Under the pieces are notes generated by a model. It did not search any database. It was not told where the DNA came from and saw only the letters and a list, made by a program, of their open reading frames with translations. From an uncultured Paenibacillaceae bacterium (lineage in GTDB: Bacteria; Bacillota; Clostridia; Lachnospirales; Lachnospiraceae), in the NCBI GenBank assembly GCA_963523055.1, contig CAURBV010000021.1, forward strand, positions 8,556-72,555: a DNA stretch of 64,000 nucleotides. Direction: 5' to 3'. The translations under genes were made by a program, and so were the position numbers. This document shows, in pieces, positions 58,654 to 64,000 of this stretch (the stretch's first letter is position 1; the number at the start of each line of letters is the position of its first letter).

Positions 58654-59475
58654 CTATTTTTTTGACACAACCATAAAATGTGGACTCATTCCCATAATTT
58701 CGTCTTCATTTTCTGTATGCCTTACAACATTTAACAATCGTTCTCTGCTTTTCTTATCTTCCCATTTTTCATCTAAACAGGGTGTAAACCAAATAACTCC
58801 TTCTATTGCTTGTTTTTGAATTGTTTCAAAACCTACTGATTCAATTTCTCTCTGTAATTCTAACGGAGTATGAAAGTATGCTTGTGCAATAAAATGTGGA
58901 TATTCTTTTGGTCTGATATGAATACCTGAAGAAATTTCATTATCAATCATATTATTAAAAACATCATCATCTAAAAAGTTATTATCCTTCCCATAGGTTG
59001 ACAATGCCCATGTTGTAGAACTAAACTTTGATATTCCAATTGAAAACAGGAACCCATTTTTCTTTAAAATTCTTTTTGCTCCATTTAGAACTCGTAATCG
59101 GTCATCTTTATTCTGTAAATGATATAGCGGTCCCATAAGCAAAACAATATCTGCACTTTCATCATCCCTATTAATATTTCTTGCATCACAAACTTCTGCA
59201 ATAAAAGTATTATTTTCATTCTGATTTTTAATTGCATATTCAACTGCCCATGGTGCTAGTTCTAAAAGATGTACTTCATTATTCATCCGTGAAAGCCAAG
59301 AAGAATAAATCCCAATACCTCCTCCAATGTCATAAATTTTATTATTCGAATTAGTAATATATTTTTTCAATATTTCTTTTGTTCTATAAAATTCAACTTT
59401 TCCAAGTCCTCGTTCTAATCTGCCTTTTTCAGCACCACTATTATAAAATTCAAACACTTCATCTATCTTTTCCAT
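58654..59475 (-). CDS. Class I SAM-dependent methyltransferase
   Basis: IYDIGGGIGIYS motif I, DARN, DIVLLMGPLYHL; AT-rich. Confidence 0.88.
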   Translation of the reverse strand: MEKIDEVFEFYNSGAEKGRLERGLGKVEFYRTKEILKKYITNSNNKIYDIGGGIGIYSSWLSRMNNEVHLLELAPWAVEYAIKNQNENNTFIAEVCDARNINRDDESADIVLLMGPLYHLQNKDDRLRVLNGAKRILKKNGFLFSIGISKFSSTTWALSTYGKDNNFLDDDVFNNMIDNEISSGIHIRPKEYPHFIAQAYFHTPLELQREIESVGFETIQKQAIEGVIWFTPCLDEKWEDKKSRERLLNVVRHTENEDEIMGMSPHFMVVSKK

Positions 59476-59638
59476 TGTAACTCCTTAGAAAATTTACTAT
59501 TGTTCATTAAATGATTGCTTATAATAATAGTACATATTATAGCATAATTTAAAAAATATCACAAAATTTAACAATGGAGTAAAACCCTGTAATAAATAGG
59601 ATTTACAATTAATCAAATTATAGAATCTTAAAACGATA

Positions 59639-59667
59639 TTGACATTATCACTAATTAGTGATATATT
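59639..59667 (+). promoter_or_regulatory. SigA promoter with an 18-bp perfect palindromic operator
   Basis: TTGACA-17 nt-TATATT; TATCACTAATTAGTGATA at 59646-59663 fills the spacer. Confidence 0.85.
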
Positions 59668-59673
59668 AAAACT

Positions 59674-60153
59674 ATGAAAAAGAACACTATATCTTATGGA
59701 AAAGAAAACGATTCCAATTTAAAAGCATTTATTGGACTTAGCAGAACAACCCAGGCACTTCACAGAAGAGCAGGTGCCATTTTTAGCCAGGGCGGCCTTA
59801 CATCAGCGCAGTTTGCTGTGCTTGAGGCATTGTACCACAAAGGCGATTTAACAATTAACGAGATTATTGACAGTATACTTTCTACCTCTGGAAATATGAC
59901 GGTGGTAGTTAACAATCTGGAAAAAGATGCCATGATAGAAAGACATCCCAATCCAAATGATAAAAGGTCCAGTATTATTGCAATCACGCAAAAGGGGAGA
60001 GAAAAAATTGAAGAGATCTTCCCCAGGCATGTGGAAGATTTAGCAGAGAGTTTTACCGGACTGAATGAAGAGGAAAAGGAAATGTTAGTGCATCTGTTAA
60101 AAAAAATAAACACAAGGAGTGAATCAAATGAGCAAAAAAATAAAAGCAATTGA
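59674..60153 (+). CDS. MarR-family regulator (MhqR-like)
   Basis: GLTSAQFAVLEALYHKG, SGNMTVVVNNLEK, DKRS..I.IT.KG. Confidence 0.9.
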   Translation: MKKNTISYGKENDSNLKAFIGLSRTTQALHRRAGAIFSQGGLTSAQFAVLEALYHKGDLTINEIIDSILSTSGNMTVVVNNLEKDAMIERHPNPNDKRSSIIAITQKGREKIEEIFPRHVEDLAESFTGLNEEEKEMLVHLLKKINTRSESNEQKNKSN

Positions 60154-61144
60154 AAAAATAGGATTTCAATGGGGAATGGATAGTCCGTTTCTGGCATGTA
60201 TGCATCACAAGGATCAGTTCCCGGCAGGGAATGAAGTGCAGGGACCTGCGGTTTCGTTAGCAGGAAGAAATATGGGCAATGATTTTTCCGGAAAAGACGG
60301 CTTTAGTATGTATCATGGAGAGAAGGTTCCGGGATTTCCAGTTCACCCTCACCGTGGTTTTGAGACTGTTACTGTAGTACTGGAAGGAATTGTTGACCAC
60401 TTTGATTCCAAGGGAGCAGAAGGACGTTATGGAAATGGTGACGTCCAGTGGCTGACTACCGGAGCAGGATGCCAGCATGTGGAGATGTTCCCACTGATTC
60501 ATCAGGATCAGGAAAATCCCCTGGAGCTATTTCAGATCTGGCTGAATTTACCGGCGAAGAGTAAATTTGCAGACCCGGATTATAAGATGCTCTGGGCAGA
60601 AGAGATCCCCGTGATCAAACATACTAATGAAAAGGGAAAGACAGCAACCATCCGATTAATTGCCGGAAAATATGAAGACAAAAAGAGCCTGGAGCCAACG
60701 AAAAATTCATGGGCTGCAAAGGAAGAAAATCATGTGGGAATCCAGCTTGTTATACTGGAGCCTGAGGCAGAGTTTCAAATCGCTGCAGGTTCTAAGACCT
60801 TAAACCGCAACTTATATTTCTATCAGGGATCAGGTTTCATTACCATAGATGGTCAAAATATTGCTCCTTCCTCCCGGATTAGGCTTTCAGGAGAAGATTC
60901 AATTACAGTGGTAAACGGAGATGAAACCAGCTATATGTTACTATTAGAGGGAGAACCAATCAATGAGCCGGTCGCACAATATGGACCATTTGTAATGAAT
61001 ACCGAACAGGAAATACAAAATGCATATAAGGATTATAGGAATACGCAGTTTGGAGGCTGGCCATGGCATGATGATGAGCCGGTTCATGAAAGGGAGATGG
61101 GAAGATTTGCCCGCTATCCGGATGGAACTGTGGTAAAAAGGTAA
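60128..61144 (+). CDS. Pirin-family protein
   Basis: HPHRGFETVT, DVQWLTTGAGCQHVEM, QIWLNLP, GPFVMNT. Confidence 0.92.
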   Translation: MSKKIKAIEKIGFQWGMDSPFLACMHHKDQFPAGNEVQGPAVSLAGRNMGNDFSGKDGFSMYHGEKVPGFPVHPHRGFETVTVVLEGIVDHFDSKGAEGRYGNGDVQWLTTGAGCQHVEMFPLIHQDQENPLELFQIWLNLPAKSKFADPDYKMLWAEEIPVIKHTNEKGKTATIRLIAGKYEDKKSLEPTKNSWAAKEENHVGIQLVILEPEAEFQIAAGSKTLNRNLYFYQGSGFITIDGQNIAPSSRIRLSGEDSITVVNGDETSYMLLLEGEPINEPVAQYGPFVMNTEQEIQNAYKDYRNTQFGGWPWHDDEPVHEREMGRFARYPDGTVVKR

Positions 61145-61198
61145 TATAAACGGCTGTTACAATATGAGACAATAACCCCCATTAGTTAGCCCCCAAAA

Positions 61199-61439
61199 TG
61201 ATATGTACCCAGTTTTCTGGACACATTATTTTTCAACTGGATGATTAGGCACTCTTGTTGGATGTCTTCCTGTATATTACAGGAGGCATCCATTTTGTTT
61301 TTGATTGAATTCTAGTGTTATTATAATAATCTATATATTCATCTATTGGTTTCTTAAATTCCTCGAAGGATTTAAAATCCTTTACATGACCATAAAATAT
61401 TCAGGTCTTTAGTTTTTCGAAAAAAGTCTCCATAATACT
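61199..61439 (-). mobile_element. IS3-family remnant: transposase C-terminus and right inverted repeat
   Basis: Minus strand reads SIMETFFEKLKT*IFYGH...IDEYIDYYNNTRIQSKTKWMPPVIYR (in-frame TGA); end sequence TGATATGTACCCAGTTTTCTGGACAC. Confidence 0.85.
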
Positions 61440-61652
61440 CCATGCTTATAAGTAACAATCAGTTTTTGCTCTAACTCATCACCCCTAATCCATCATTCTT
61501 TATAGATAGTAGCAATCTGATAATTTTGTTTTTTACTTTTGTATTTTTGTGATTGGGTGATTGGTTTTCTTTATTAAACTATCAAATATTCGGAAATTAT
61601 ATTGAATTTTATAAAAATGCAAAAAAGTGGGGAAATTGTCGAACGAAAGAGT

Positions 61653-61681
61653 TTGAACAGACATTTTATTTATGTTACAAT
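61653..61681 (+). promoter_or_regulatory. Putative SigA promoter of the radical SAM cluster
   Basis: TTGAAC-17 nt-TACAAT with TGn. Confidence 0.55.
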
Positions 61682-61918
61682 GTCTTTATATTAAATAATA
61701 TTATGCAAGTGAAAAGACAAATGAAAAAATATCGAGAAAATAGGAATAGTGTGAGAGAAGTAAAACTCCGTGATTAAACGAGATACACCTTCACATAATG
61801 AGCAAGAAGGCGAGTGTCTGTTGCTGTAGTCGGACTGCATTAATTTTTGTCTATTATTACACGAAAATTTTAAGGTAGAAACTTTTCATAACTATTTGTT
61901 TAATCGCTTGTTTATGGA

Positions 61919-63358
61919 ATGGAGAATAATATGAACAAGGACAAACCATATATTCATATGTTTAAAAATTCTTTGGGATATTATTTATTTGATGTCAATA
62001 CCGTTAAGATATTGAATATCCCAGAGTATTTTTATAATGATTATTTAAATAATTCTACAGAAATTCAAGATTGCAGTAAAGATTCTATTGCATATTATGA
62101 AAAATTGAAAAAAGAAGGTTATTTAAGCAATCGGCGTGTTAAAGAATCAGAACACCCCCTTACGGAATTTCTAGAAGATTTAACAAATAATAAAATATCA
62201 CATATTACATTGCAAGTTACGCAAAACTGTAACTTAAGATGCGAATATTGCATATATTCAGGCGAATATAAAAACAGACAACACAGCAATGAACGCATGG
62301 ATGAAAACACAATGAGAAACTCTGTTGATTATCTAATAAATCATTCAAGCGATGCGGGCAAGATAGCAGTTAGTTTTTACGGAGGAGAACCCTTATTAGA
62401 ATTTGATTTAATAAAAAAATGTGTGGAATATGTTAATTTGCAGGCAGAAGGAAGAATAGTGATTTTTAATTTTACTACAAATGGTACATTACTGACAAAA
62501 GACAAGCTTGACTTTCTTGTACAACATGATTTTAGGATTACTATTAGTTTAGATGGCCCCCTGGTAATACATGACAGACATAGGAAATTTGCATATACAG
62601 CATTAGGAACGTTCAATAAAATTATAAAAAATTTGGAATATATTTTTGTTACATATCCAGAATTTTATAGAAGTAACATACAGTTTAATACGGTTTTAGA
62701 TCCTCTAAACCATTTCGATATCATAAATAATTATATCCTTAGTAGTGAGCTTTTAAATCAATCTACATTTACGTCAACACTTATTGATGATACATATGCT
62801 AAAAATGAGATATCTCATAATGAAAGTTTTGATGAAGAATTCCAATATGAGCTGTTTAAAACATTTTTATGGAAGTTAGGTTGGTTAGAAAAAGAAGATA
62901 CATCTCCATTGCTTACTTCTTACTATGGAAGTTTAAAAAAGTTAGCAAAAATGATTGAAACAATAAAAAGAGATCATATTCCTGAAAAATTTCACAGAGG
63001 AGGACCTTGTGTACCAGGTGTCCAGCGGCTTTTTATTACAACAAAAGGTGAACTGTATCCATGTGAAAGAGTCAGTGAGACATCATCGGTAGCAAAGATA
63101 GGAGATATTCATAATGGAATTAACATTGAAAAAGCAGAACGAATTCTCAATGTGGAACGAGAGACATCTGAAATGTGTAGAAATTGTTGGGCTTATTATT
63201 TTTGTACTGCTTGTATTTCTAAACTGGATGATGGAACTCAGATCTCAGTTTCAAAATTGAAAGAACGATGTAATGATATGAGGAATTCGGCAGAAAGCGA
63301 ACTATCTGACTACATTGTTATGAAAGAACTAGGATATCAATTTGATTTAGATTCGTGA
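61919..63358 (+). CDS. Radical SAM/SPASM peptide maturase, CcpM-like
   Basis: N-terminal YYLFDVN, CNLRCEYC, FYGGEPLL, TTNGTL, SLDG, SPASM CVPG...YPCE...CRNCWAYYFCTAC; start could be 61931. Confidence 0.85.
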   Translation: MENNMNKDKPYIHMFKNSLGYYLFDVNTVKILNIPEYFYNDYLNNSTEIQDCSKDSIAYYEKLKKEGYLSNRRVKESEHPLTEFLEDLTNNKISHITLQVTQNCNLRCEYCIYSGEYKNRQHSNERMDENTMRNSVDYLINHSSDAGKIAVSFYGGEPLLEFDLIKKCVEYVNLQAEGRIVIFNFTTNGTLLTKDKLDFLVQHDFRITISLDGPLVIHDRHRKFAYTALGTFNKIIKNLEYIFVTYPEFYRSNIQFNTVLDPLNHFDIINNYILSSELLNQSTFTSTLIDDTYAKNEISHNESFDEEFQYELFKTFLWKLGWLEKEDTSPLLTSYYGSLKKLAKMIETIKRDHIPEKFHRGGPCVPGVQRLFITTKGELYPCERVSETSSVAKIGDIHNGINIEKAERILNVERETSEMCRNCWAYYFCTACISKLDDGTQISVSKLKERCNDMRNSAESELSDYIVMKELGYQFDLDS

Positions 63359-63369
63359 GGGATGAAATA

Positions 63370-64000
63370 ATGGAAAAAGTATTAGTGTATCCTTATAGTA
63401 AATCATATCAGCCATATGTTTGGACTGGAAAAATAGATGAGAATAAAATAATTCAATCTCTTGTTTCTCCCAATGGTTGGGGTTTAGAAGGAAAGGAAGT
63501 TAAATACAATAAAGGAAAATATGTAATAAATAGTGATTACTCAAGTGAATTAAAAAAATGTTCAACAGTTTGGTTTGTGGAAGATGATATCCATCCTTTA
63601 CCGGAAGATTTATTGTTAAGTAAGGTCATTGAGGCAATTAAGAACAAAAAGGATATTATTTATACAAGATACAAAGACAAGCTAATGTATGATAAAGTTA
63701 TGAATTTATTACCGAACTTAAAAAAGGATTCCATAAGTCCGAATAGAAAGAATATGAATGAATTAGTTAACAATTATTGCTACAGTATAAAGGTTCCTGT
63801 GGTGGCGATATTAGGAATAGAAGAAAATGTTCAAAAATTTGATGTACAGGTAGCTCTGTGGAGAATGTTTAGAGAATTGGATTATAATGTTGAGGCAATA
63901 TCAACCAGATTAGATAGTGAGATAATTGGTATAAATTCCATTCCTAAATTCATGCTTGAAACAGATATGAGTGATACTGAGAAAATAATTCAATATAATC
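63370..64000 (+). CDS. TIGR04066-like peptide maturation system protein, 3'-partial
   Basis: RBS GAGG; MEKVLVYPY...LVSPNGWGLEGK...PVVAILG...KFDVQ...SIPKFM; open to the window end. Confidence 0.75.
   Translation, partial: MEKVLVYPYSKSYQPYVWTGKIDENKIIQSLVSPNGWGLEGKEVKYNKGKYVINSDYSSELKKCSTVWFVEDDIHPLPEDLLLSKVIEAIKNKKDIIYTRYKDKLMYDKVMNLLPNLKKDSISPNRKNMNELVNNYCYSIKVPVVAILGIEENVQKFDVQVALWRMFRELDYNVEAISTRLDSEIIGINSIPKFMLETDMSDTEKIIQYN

Noticed and set aside
61553..61777. 74-aa ORF upstream of the radical SAM gene
   Set aside because: TTG start without RBS, spans the predicted promoter, no motif
61798..61878. 26-aa ORF MSKKASVCCCSRTALIFVYYYTKILR as the RiPP precursor
   Set aside because: No RBS, no recognisable leader, and it overlaps the leader hairpin; the CCC is probably chance, though not excluded

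Overview
Chromosomal window from a low-GC Gram-positive anaerobe; gene content and promoter style suggest Clostridia/Lachnospiraceae (inference). In order: the 3' part of a large sortase-type surface adhesin; a Fur/Zur-led zinc-uptake operon (small Cys/His membrane ORF, ZnuACB, CobW GTPase, CobW-permease fusion, TIGR03943-like protein); an iron-siderophore ABC operon; an HD-GYP protein and an MFS transporter; an ABC-F ATPase behind a uORF and multi-hairpin leader; a nitroreductase; a LysR-controlled operon joining a carboxylate transporter, a PrpF isomerase and a YbhJ-like hydratase to citrate lyase (citDEFGC, no citX); a PucR regulator with a 2-enoate reductase; a cupin; a truncated ABC gene; a Na,K-ATPase-like P-type ATPase with two TrkA genes; a beta-glucoside PTS/GH1 locus with a decayed EIIA; two MATE pumps; a GNAT; an ArsR-M3 peptidase-Opp operon; a degenerate palindromic repeat; an orphan antitoxin-like ORF; a methyltransferase; MarR-pirin; an IS3 remnant; and the start of an AT-rich CcpM-type radical SAM RiPP cluster. 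I saw no rRNA, tRNA or CRISPR array. All family calls come from motif recognition, not database searches. Best candidates for new biology: the isomerase-hydratase-citrate lyase pathway, a possible metal-sensing leader peptide before znuA, the ABC-F attenuator, and the P-type ATPase/RCK module.
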